A stretch of DNA of 12,766 bases from Trichormus sp. ATA11-4-KO1 (GTDB lineage: Bacteria; Cyanobacteriota; Cyanobacteriia; Cyanobacteriales; Nostocaceae): assembly GCA_019358915.1 (NCBI GenBank), contig JAHHIM010000066.1:1-12766 (forward strand), written 5' to 3'. Positions 1 through 7,805 of the stretch are shown here, piece after piece. Every line of letters starts with the position of its first letter. Position 1 is the stretch's first letter. Made by a program: the position numbers and the translations under genes. The notes below the pieces were generated by a model, which saw nothing but the letters and a program-made list of their open reading frames with translations, searched no databases and was not told the DNA's origin.

Positions 1-113
1 GTGGCTACCTCGAACATCGAAGCAAAACACCCATTGGTATTCAAGTCCTGTGGCGCGGTTGGTTAAAATTGCATGACCTCTGTGAGGGCTGGAAGCTTGC
101 TAAACAGACTTAA
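1..113 (+). CDS. IS4-family (IS50/Tn5-like) transposase, C-terminal fragment; 5' part lies outside the window
   Basis: Frame from base 3 reads GYLEHRSKTPIGIQVLWRGWLKLHDLCEGWKLAKQT* (TAA 111-113). The G(F/Y)L...G...LWRGW pattern matches the C-terminal region of Tn5/IS50-type transposases. The stop codon lies inside the terminal repeat. Confidence 0.88.
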   Translation, partial: GYLEHRSKTPIGIQVLWRGWLKLHDLCEGWKLAKQT

Positions 114-126
114 CGGGAAAAGTCAG
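1..126 (+). mobile_element. Right end of an IS4-family (IS50-like) insertion sequence, with a 19-bp terminal repeat at 108-126
   Basis: The reverse complement of 108-126 is CTGACTTTTCCCGTTAAGT. It has the same length and the same CTGACT...AAGT ends as the Tn5 outer end (CTGACTCTTATACACAAGT), and directly follows the transposase C-terminus. Confidence 0.85.
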
Positions 127-231
127 AGACTGTGATTTCATCAATTCTGCCAATCTTTCAATTTGTAGTGTCTCTACTTTGGCAGGCGGTACTTGGATAA
201 ATAAAGAGTAATTAAAACTATGAGTATTCAT
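127..231 (-). pseudogene. 5' fragment (35 codons) of an IS-interrupted gene, probably the type IV coupling protein (VirD4/TraG-like)
   Basis: ATG at 231, 27 bp after the stop of the 186-aa gene, reads MNTHSFNYSLFIQVPPAKVETLQIERLAELMKSQS and then runs into the IS end (CTGACT) and stops 8 codons later. Identity is inferred only from its position at the end of an MPF_C operon. Confidence 0.5.
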
Positions 232-258
232 CACCTGATTTGATTGAGATATCAAGTC

Positions 259-819
259 TTATTTAGCAACAGAGAAAACTTGATTAAACCGGATAAATCC
301 TTCACCCTGGTAGCAATAATCTGTACGGGATACTATATTTTCATTAGCTGTTGGTTGCGTAACAACCAAACAAGGAAATTCATTGGCTATGGTGTCTGAA
401 GTACGAATTACTTCTTCTTTCGGTGGTAAATTTTGATGAGCAATTAAGGAAAATACCAACTTACCTGATTCGTGATAAACCAGATAAAGACAACCACCGA
501 TGCCACAAAGTTGGGGTGAGCGAAAATCAAATATATACAAATTTCCTCCACCTTGAGACGGAACTGGCATAACTTTGATAGATTTACTATCAATTCTGCC
601 TGTGGAATTAAAAGATAATGCTTTTTTAAGTAGAAATGGAGATGTGATTTCTTTGGCATTATTCCATGTTTCTGTACGCCTGCTATTTGAAAGATTTGCT
701 TTTAATAGGAATGTGATAACCAATAAGGTTAATACAGAAACACTAGCTAATAGGGATTTATATTTGAAATATTTTAGCGTCACCAATTTATCCAATCTCA
801 ATTGCATATAAAACTCCAA
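259..819 (-). CDS. Membrane-anchored/exported hypothetical protein of the conjugation cluster (CGxGGC motif)
   Basis: 186-aa ORF co-oriented with the operon. It has one N-terminal hydrophobic helix (LLASVSVLTLLVITFLL), the motif LYIFDF...LCGIGGCLYLVY and a second Cys pair (FPCL...DYCY). The true start may be slightly downstream of the TTG. Confidence 0.8.
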   Translation of the reverse strand: MEFYMQLRLDKLVTLKYFKYKSLLASVSVLTLLVITFLLKANLSNSRRTETWNNAKEITSPFLLKKALSFNSTGRIDSKSIKVMPVPSQGGGNLYIFDFRSPQLCGIGGCLYLVYHESGKLVFSLIAHQNLPPKEEVIRTSDTIANEFPCLVVTQPTANENIVSRTDYCYQGEGFIRFNQVFSVAK

Positions 820-862
820 TTGAAATTTTGAAAATATTTTGAGACAGAAAACCGTATTGTAT

Positions 863-1161
863 TACAGCACTTTGCGCGTCTATCTGACACAGGTTATATC
901 TTAATTTTCCAGGTTCTTCATTACTTGTTATGCTAAAAACGTCTATAAATTAGCTCATATCCCTTGCTGGGAAGGAAAGACAGCTTTTAATCTTGACGTT
1001 TTAGCTTTTGGGAAAAAATCTAGGTCTTAACTGCCTGAAACACTTGATTTTAAAGGGTTATTCCTAATTTGAGTTAAAAATTTAGCATAACACTTACGGA
1101 AGAGCCATTTTCCATTTGATGTACTAAATTCTTGTACCTAAGCGTTCCGCAAAGTGCTGTA
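863..1161. mobile_element. MITE with TA-flanked terminal inverted repeats (IS630/Tc1-mariner-like, non-autonomous)
   Basis: Perfect 14-bp inverted repeat TACAGCACTTTGCG (863-876) / CGCAAAGTGCTGTA (1148-1161), with TA at both extremes, and no ORF inside. Confidence 0.75.
925..1093. mobile_element. Second MITE nested inside the 863-1161 element
   Basis: Perfect 12-bp inverted repeat TGTTATGCTAAA (926-937) / TTTAGCATAACA (1081-1092). One base further out on each side lies a TTAC direct repeat (921-924, 1094-1097), a possible target-site duplication. Confidence 0.6.
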
Positions 1162-1208
1162 TGTTTTTATCTACAATCTTTGAGAAAGTTAAACAGGATG
1201 ATTATAGC

Positions 1209-3044
1209 CTAAAAGCATCCCATCAATTGCAGAGATTGAAAATATTTAGCAGATGTTCTTTTAGCATATTCTTTTACTGAAATTTTTCCGTTCGCATCAC
1301 TAACATCAGCATCAACAGGAATATTTACACCAGCAAAATTCATTTGGGCAGCACGTTCAATTAATCGCTCTCCTGTAAAAAGCTTTCCAGTTTTTGGGTC
1401 AATTTGTTGAGATGCGCTGTTTAGTAATGTAGTGATGTCAGCTTCAATTAAAGCCTGTTGTTCAGCAGGTGAAAAATACTGCATCATGTCCTCACCTGTG
1501 ACTTTTTCACCAGCATCTAATTTTGTAAGAAACTCTGCACCACCAGATTTACTTGAGATAATCTTTCGCACGTCTGGACGATATGACATCAACTGCATTG
1601 CACCCAGTCTTCGACCACAATTACCAGATGAGTCACATACATAATTACCGACTAAGTTGTAATCTTTTTCGATACCATAAAAAGCAGCACTTAAAGAATC
1701 GATATTAGTTCCTGATGAGTGAATATTTTTGCAATCGCCTTTAATAGTGGGTAGTAAATTAGAGAATTTATTTGTTGAAACAGGAGATTGTTTCAATCTA
1801 AATCCACTACTCTTTAATCCTGTGGGTGTAGAGACTGAATTAGAGCTTTTCCCTGTAATTAAACCTAAAAATATAGGTTCTTTTTCTTTGAAAGTCATGA
1901 ATGGCACTGGCCCAATAAAATAGGGAGTGCAGCCCAAATCTACAAAAGTCTTCCGCATACAAACTCGGAAGAATAAAGCTTGAGAAATCACGCCATCTAC
2001 TTCTGAAACATCCCACACTGCGACTTTAAAAGCATCACCAAATGGATGACGACCTGTGGGTTCTTTACCTCCATTAACTGAAGCGAGAATACCTTTACCA
2101 CCCTTAACTAATTGGTATTTACCACTAACCCAGGCTTTACCTGAAACCGCAGATGAACCAGATAATTCTATGTGGGCGCAATCTTTTTGGCATGGTACAG
2201 CGAAGCCTTCTTTATTACTACCAGAGATTGTGCGATCGCGCTGTTGTTCGTCGGTTGCAAAAGCAATATCAACAATGCCTATATTTGCACCTACAGCATT
2301 AATTGGATTGGGAAATTGAGAAAAAGGTACATCAGCTAATCCTGGTATCTCATTAATATACACACCTTGCCATTTCTCAAATGCACCAATCGGCGTTTCT
2401 ACTAAGCCAGGGATAGAATCTAAACTGTAAGATGTTAAGTTTAAAGATGCAAACTGTAATTTTCCTAAATGGGGAGATTGTTGGAGTAACGTTCCTATTG
2501 TTTGATTGGAATCAAAGGAAGTTTCTAGTTTTTGAGATAATAAATCCAAAACAGGTTTAACTTCAGAAATATGTGTATTTTTTAAATCAGGAATGGCATC
2601 CCTCAAACTTTCCAAAGTTTGAAACTTCATTGCGCCAAATGTGTCTAAATCAACTTCGCTTAAATCCACATTAACAGTTTGGGCAATATCATTGAGTGAG
2701 AAATTTTGGAGTTTTAAAGAATCCTGAAAGTCACCTAACATCATGTAAGAATCAGGTGTCTGCCCAGCATCCCAACTCCGCGAAGGATCATATCCTAACT
2801 TTCCTACTACATCGGCAGGTGCTTGAAAAGAACCAGATTCGGCAATTGCTGGCATATTTGCAAAGGTAATTTGATTCCAATTAGGCAGACGAGTATTTTG
2901 CCAATTGATTGTAGGAATTTCAGTTTGTTGTAACTGAGAGTTTGATACTCCTGCCTCTGGCGATACAACTAAAACTGCACCAGAAATCAAGATAGTCAAA
3001 CTTAAACCTGAGACGAAACTAAAAGAAGTATTCAGTAATTTCAT
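1209..3044 (-). CDS. Exported MPF_C protein (Alr7212-like by synteny) with a probable C-terminal lysozyme-like/lytic transglycosylase domain
   Basis: 611 aa with an N-terminal signal or anchor, repeated L/I-x-x-IP(G/D)L motifs, a Cys-containing middle domain (PCQKDCAHIEL; RVC...GCTP) and an S/T-rich linker. The C-terminal part has GIE...LGAMQLM, resembling the catalytic Glu and GxMQ motifs of SLT-type enzymes. Confidence 0.8.
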   Translation of the reverse strand: MKLLNTSFSFVSGLSLTILISGAVLVVSPEAGVSNSQLQQTEIPTINWQNTRLPNWNQITFANMPAIAESGSFQAPADVVGKLGYDPSRSWDAGQTPDSYMMLGDFQDSLKLQNFSLNDIAQTVNVDLSEVDLDTFGAMKFQTLESLRDAIPDLKNTHISEVKPVLDLLSQKLETSFDSNQTIGTLLQQSPHLGKLQFASLNLTSYSLDSIPGLVETPIGAFEKWQGVYINEIPGLADVPFSQFPNPINAVGANIGIVDIAFATDEQQRDRTISGSNKEGFAVPCQKDCAHIELSGSSAVSGKAWVSGKYQLVKGGKGILASVNGGKEPTGRHPFGDAFKVAVWDVSEVDGVISQALFFRVCMRKTFVDLGCTPYFIGPVPFMTFKEKEPIFLGLITGKSSNSVSTPTGLKSSGFRLKQSPVSTNKFSNLLPTIKGDCKNIHSSGTNIDSLSAAFYGIEKDYNLVGNYVCDSSGNCGRRLGAMQLMSYRPDVRKIISSKSGGAEFLTKLDAGEKVTGEDMMQYFSPAEQQALIEADITTLLNSASQQIDPKTGKLFTGERLIERAAQMNFAGVNIPVDADVSDANGKISVKEYAKRTSAKYFQSLQLMGCF

Positions 3045-3054
3045 TGTCTTAATT

Positions 3055-3870
3055 TCAAATACTATCTGAGGAGTTTGATTGATTTACTAAAGGCTGGCTT
3101 GAACTATTCATTGGAGTAGTTTTTCCCAGTTCTATCAGTCGATTAACTAACTGCAAACTAATACCAGCTTTACGAGCAGCACTGGATACTGATTCTCCTG
3201 ACTTCACACTTGTAAAAAAATTTTCAATTCGCTGGTACAAGCGAGATTTAGGTAAAATTAAGCGTTTTTGTTGGGCAATCTCTAGCCCTCGACTCATAAC
3301 CTGTAAATTTTTATATTGCGGTAGCAGTTCTCTAATTTCAGGTTCTTCTTGGGTGTTAGGCGTGACCTCGATTGTGTGATATTTAGGTCGTGTATTAGCT
3401 GTAGCAACCCGAAATAAATACACTCGTCGCCCAGAGTTACCTTTTGCTACTACTGTCAGCAGGCTACTATCCATTTTCGGCAACTGTGGCATATCTATGG
3501 GGTTGATTCGTCGCAGATGTAATACTGTTGCGCCAGGAGAGTTACACTCACGTCCTAAGCCTGACAAACAACCATCAACATCAAGAGAAGCGATCGCTGG
3601 GTTATCTAACCAAACTTTCTCTACTATCTCTCCACTGGGAATAAAGGAAATATTAACTCCATACCCCGGTGACAATTCAATTAAAGGTATTTCACTTCCA
3701 CTATGACCAGTGGCGGTGTCTGCTGAAATACGTCGCAGTCCTTGAGAAGTTTGATTAGAACGAGGGGTTTCACCAGCAACTACTGGTAAAAGGGTACTAG
3801 CAAAGGTCAGCACAGTAGAGATGGAGGCGATTACAGTTAAATTTTGCAGAAAAACTTTCATAGGAATCAT
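3055..3870 (-). CDS. VirB9/TrbG-like exported T4SS core component (Alr7211-like by synteny)
   Basis: 271 aa with a signal peptide and a beta-rich segment (IELSPGYGVNISF...EIVEKVWLDNP...LLTVVA...YLFRV) resembling VirB9/TraK N-terminal domains. It lies next to the virB10-like gene. Confidence 0.7.
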   Translation of the reverse strand: MIPMKVFLQNLTVIASISTVLTFASTLLPVVAGETPRSNQTSQGLRRISADTATGHSGSEIPLIELSPGYGVNISFIPSGEIVEKVWLDNPAIASLDVDGCLSGLGRECNSPGATVLHLRRINPIDMPQLPKMDSSLLTVVAKGNSGRRVYLFRVATANTRPKYHTIEVTPNTQEEPEIRELLPQYKNLQVMSRGLEIAQQKRLILPKSRLYQRIENFFTSVKSGESVSSAARKAGISLQLVNRLIELGKTTPMNSSSQPLVNQSNSSDSI

Positions 3871-3917
3871 ACTGAGTCAGTTATGTGCTGGGTTAATGCA
3901 GAAATCTGTATTGAAAA

Positions 3918-3943
3918 TAGGGAGTAGGGAATAGGGACTGGGG
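3918..3943. repeat. Short heptamer tandem repeat (STRR-like), TAGGGAN x3 plus a partial copy
   Basis: TAGGGAG TAGGGAA TAGGGAC TGGGG. Confidence 0.65.
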
Positions 3944-3945
3944 TG

Positions 3946-4086
3946 CTTTCAAGGGTAGGTTTTTTAGAATCTCGAAAATAGTTAAGAAAATTCTTAAGTG
4001 TTTAACGTGGTTTAATCGTTTCAGGATTTAAGCATCGGCTGAAATAGTCAAAAAATGGCCAAATACAAAATACCTACCCTTGAGAG
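3946..4086. mobile_element. MITE-like element of about 140 bp
   Basis: Perfect 12-bp inverted repeat TCAAGGGTAGGT (3949-3960) / ACCTACCCTTGA (4072-4083), extendable to 18 of 20 matches (3946-3965 vs 4067-4086). The interior is AT-rich and non-coding. No clear target duplication. Confidence 0.6.
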
Positions 4087-4221
4087 GGAGTGGAATGTGG
4101 GTTTAAGGAAAGGAAATTTTTCTGCGCTTGTTGTGTGATTTATCACATGAGCGTCTAGCTTGAAAGGTAATGAGTCCTGAGTTGAAAACTAGCCTTTAGT
4201 CCCTTTGCGTTTACCAACTGT

Positions 4222-5734
4222 TCAAAGTTGAAAGGATTGGTTGACAAACACTTGAATATCTGAGCCTGCGCGGACGTGCCAAACTTCTTTTCGTTGTTGG
4301 ATTTCTGAGAGCGATCGCTTGTTGCGTTCTAAAATTTGTTCGGTCAGGGGTTCAAATCCTCCTTCCAACACTGCACCCAAGATGTTGGGGCTACCTCGCC
4401 TAATGGAAGAATAAGTTGTTGTACCACCAAAACCAGTGGAAGTTGAGTATTGTTCTTCTTGAGGTTGATTGAATACCTTGCCCACTTTAGCTAACGAACC
4501 AACTACAAATGTTTCTGCATCGCGTGAAGCAATTTCAGCACTTTTATCATTCCACTGTGATGCCATTAATGGTCGGCCAGAATTACCGCGAATAGTAATT
4601 GTCCCTGGCGGCAACACATACTCCTTACCATCAATCACCATCTGAGTTGCTTCGAGTTGCACCAGCCCTGATTCATCAATGTTTTGTACATGGACAACAA
4701 CTTGAGTACCTGTTGGTAAACTGACGAACTTGTCTATTCGTTACAGTATTTACAACACTATTATTTGGTTGTTCAGGATTTTGGGTTGCCAATACAGTAT
4801 TAGTCGCAATTTCACTACTGCCATAACTTCCCAATTGGTTGATTCTTGCCCATTGTTGCATCCGCTCAATTGGCTCTATGGGAGGAAGTGTTTCTGCCCT
4901 ATTTATAGGAGATGCTACAACTCTATTAACAGAAGGTGCTGATCTAGTGTTTACATCTGGTTGAGGCCGAGAACCTGTAGCAAAACGAGGTGCATAAGAT
5001 TCTCTTGGTGTTCTTTGACGAGGGACATAAGCAACCTGAACGGGACGAGAAACTGGTGCTGGAGGTACATCAGGCGGAGTCTGGTTGAAAGTCGCTCGTT
5101 TATTCAACTCATTCCTAGTTTGGTGATTCGGTTTGACTACAGAAGTTTTGGGACTTTTAGAACTTTCTAAAGATTTAATTTTTTCTACTTGACTTCCTAT
5201 TGCCAATTCAGCTTTTAGTTTTCCTGTTTCTGCTTCTGTGGGGTTTATATTATCTGCAAGTTCTACTTTGGGTTGAGCAGCATTTTGATCAACAATTTTG
5301 GGTGTAGCTTTTGGTCTACCGGAGATAATGCTATTTAAAAAAGTAGCTCCCACACCGAAAACCACCAACAATCCTAAGCCTACTGCACCAAATTTAGAAA
5401 ATGGATTACTAGCAAAGTTTTGTTGTGTTTTACCCAGTTGAGGGTCATCAAATAACTCATGAGGTGGTATCACATTTTGTGGAGATATTTGAGCTTGATT
5501 TTCGATATGTTCTACATCATAAGTTATTTCATTTCCCGTTTCATGGACTTCTAATTGATTGGTTGAATTTATATCAGGATAAACATAACCCAGTAATCGC
5601 GCTAGACTTTCTTCATTCCAAGTATCACCCAATTGTTCATCGGATTGTTGCTCTAATTTTGGGTAAGTCGTGTTACCGTTTTCTTCCAACTCAAGAATAT
5701 TTGTAGATGTTTTACCATTTTGATAATCAGGCAT
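4222..5734 (-). pseudogene. virB10: VirB10/TrbI-like protein, split by a frameshift near 4718-4726
   Basis: The 352-aa ORF has an acidic N-terminus, one TM helix (FGAVGLGLLVVFGVGATFL) and a Pro-rich linker, then ends in an atypical tail (FTNRYSSCCPCTKH). The frame of the 146-aa ORF is open back to 4740 and reads SLPTGTQVVVHVQNIDESGLVQLEATQMVIDG...VRAGSDIQVFVNQSF, which contains the P.GT and C-terminal G..I.VFV motifs of the TrbI/VirB10 domain. Confidence 0.85.
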
Positions 5735-6534
5735 TACAGATTCTCCTGTGGTAAATCTCGTATTGCATAAATTTCTAAACCGCTTGCTCTTACCTGATAA
5801 ATTGCTGCTGCTAATCCATCAATTGTTGTGGAGAGTTCAGGAGCTTCAACGGCTTGTACAAAGATTTCTTTATTAAAGGGAATTACTTCTCCCAAATTAT
5901 TTCCTTGGTCAAATATCGTCAGGTTAGCAACCATTTTGACTTTCCACTTACCCTCAGCGATTTTGATGGGAGGTTGGATAGAAAGCGGAACTAAAACTAC
6001 TTGCGTTGTTCCCTTAAAAACTCCAGGAGGCGTGATTTCAGCTATTATTTGCAAAAATTCTTTGCGGAAGTCTTCCGACAAAGCATGAGATGCCTGCCAT
6101 GCTGAAAAAGTTACTTTACCACGTCCGTTATTTAAAGAGCGAACATCTATACCAGGATCGGGTTTTGGTTTGGTAGCTTCTTCTACTGTAGTTGGTGGTA
6201 GTGTTCCTGACCAATTCATCATCAAAGTCATCGTATCAGAAACAAAATGTAAAATAACTTGAGGAGTACGTTCTAAACTACCTATTGGGGCTACTTTAAT
6301 TGATTTTCCTGTCTCTAATTGCACTAATGATGGAGGTGCTTTTTTACTCAATTGTGAGTAGGAACTATAGAGGAGGAATAATACAAAAAAGGTAATAATA
6401 TGTAACCCAAAAGTACCTACAGTAAATAAGGCTAAAGTGTCCCCAGTCGAAAATCTTGTGGATGCAGAATTTAAAAATCGTAACCGTTTTCTTTGTACAT
6501 TTCGTGAATTTAGATGTTTATCAGAAATAGTCAT
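5734..6534 (-). CDS. VirB8-like bitopic inner-membrane T4SS component (Alr7209-like by synteny)
   Basis: 266 aa with a short cytoplasmic N-terminus, one TM helix and a periplasmic alpha/beta domain (…WKVKMVANLT…GLEIYAI). Its stop overlaps the virB10 ATG by 1 nt (TAATG), suggesting translational coupling. Confidence 0.7.
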   Translation of the reverse strand: MTISDKHLNSRNVQRKRLRFLNSASTRFSTGDTLALFTVGTFGLHIITFFVLFLLYSSYSQLSKKAPPSLVQLETGKSIKVAPIGSLERTPQVILHFVSDTMTLMMNWSGTLPPTTVEEATKPKPDPGIDVRSLNNGRGKVTFSAWQASHALSEDFRKEFLQIIAEITPPGVFKGTTQVVLVPLSIQPPIKIAEGKWKVKMVANLTIFDQGNNLGEVIPFNKEIFVQAVEAPELSTTIDGLAAAIYQVRASGLEIYAIRDLPQENL

Positions 6535-6767
6535 AAACTATCCCTATATTTAATAAGTACAAGAAATAGGCAATCATGATTCAAGTTTGGAAGAACGGAT
6601 ATATCATTTGATTTGCCGGGATTTTTACGTGCATAAACACACGTTGGAGTATTGGTGCTTGCACAATGCGACTGATGAAGAGGAAGATAGTGATAATCCT
6701 GAGTGGGTATTTGCAGTAACGCCTATCATGCGTAAAATTTGGAATTCATGCCAACAAAGTTAGTTGA

Positions 6768-7787
6768 TTAAAACTTTTTAACCATCCTCGTAACTACAGA
6801 AGAAAGCCCCAAACTGGCAACACTGGAGAAACTTCTAAAAATCGCCACCCCGCCACCAGCAGCTAAAACAACAGATAAAATTGGGGCGAGAATACCAATA
6901 GCAAAAGCAAAAATCATGGGGTCGTTATTATCAGCATTCAGTACCATTGTGGCAACTAACCCAGAAATAATATTGAAACAAAGTTTGATCATTCCCACGG
7001 AGAAGAAGCCAGTTAACCATGCAAAAATGGCTTTTTGACCAACGGGAAGTAATGAACCTCCTACAGCTAAAGGCCCTAACAGTGCAGTTAGCAGCATGGA
7101 AACCTCGACTATCCATTGAAAAGCGATGCCAAATGCCAGTAACCAACCGCGCAAGGTTAACTGGAAAATATTGGTGTTAAAAATTTCGCCAATACCTTTT
7201 AACCAACCAGGGCGATTATCAGTTTGAGCTTCAATTTCTTTAGCTTGCCGAGAAGCATTTTGCAAACACTCAGCTTGTTGAGTCGGATCGGCGATCGCAT
7301 CGCACTGAACAATTAATGCTTGAATTGCATCTGCGTTACCAGTCTTCAGCATGACTTGCTGATATGCTTCTTGTAGCTGGATGGAGGAAGAAGTGGTTGT
7401 CAGTAGAGTGTTGTTGGTTTCATTAATGATGGTTCTCAATCCTTTGGTGGCGATCGCTAGGGGTTGAGCATTGTTGGCCAGCAAGACTATCACTACTATG
7501 GGCCAAATCATTTCGGAGAAGGCTTTTGAGTCATCACCATCCACCATTTCCCGCGTCCATTGGACGATAAAAATCAGCAACGTGCCAACCGCAAAGAAAA
7601 CTCCGAGATTGGCGATCGCACTGTACAACCCACCGCCCAGTACGTCATCCCAAAGTTTCTCCATTGCCTGGGCAACTGCTTCACTGGCTGCTGCACCATC
7701 TTGAGTAATGGTCGAAGCTGCTTGTCCTGGATTAGCAGTTTGGGTTTGAGCCAAAGTTAATCCCCATCTCCACAATTGGAATGACAT
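6768..7787 (-). CDS. virB6: VirB6/TrbL-like polytopic membrane protein (Alr7208-like by synteny)
   Basis: 339 aa with two N-terminal TM helices, a periplasmic loop with a Cys pair, and 3-4 C-terminal TM helices including LTALLGPLAVGGSLLP...IFAWL, the typical VirB6/TrbL pattern. A GGAG RBS lies upstream. Confidence 0.8.
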   Translation of the reverse strand: MSFQLWRWGLTLAQTQTANPGQAASTITQDGAAASEAVAQAMEKLWDDVLGGGLYSAIANLGVFFAVGTLLIFIVQWTREMVDGDDSKAFSEMIWPIVVIVLLANNAQPLAIATKGLRTIINETNNTLLTTTSSSIQLQEAYQQVMLKTGNADAIQALIVQCDAIADPTQQAECLQNASRQAKEIEAQTDNRPGWLKGIGEIFNTNIFQLTLRGWLLAFGIAFQWIVEVSMLLTALLGPLAVGGSLLPVGQKAIFAWLTGFFSVGMIKLCFNIISGLVATMVLNADNNDPMIFAFAIGILAPILSVVLAAGGGVAIFRSFSSVASLGLSSVVTRMVKKF

Positions 7788-7805
7788 AGCGGAGTTCTCC
7801 TTGTG

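Noticed and set aside
4222..4662. 146-aa ORF as an independent gene
   Set aside because: Its GTG start has no good RBS and the frame continues upstream with the VirB10 LPTGT motif, so it is the 3' half of virB10.
4676..4743. Programmed ribosomal frameshift in virB10
   Set aside because: It would need a +1 shift, there is no slippery heptamer in the overlap, and part of the domain appears to be missing.
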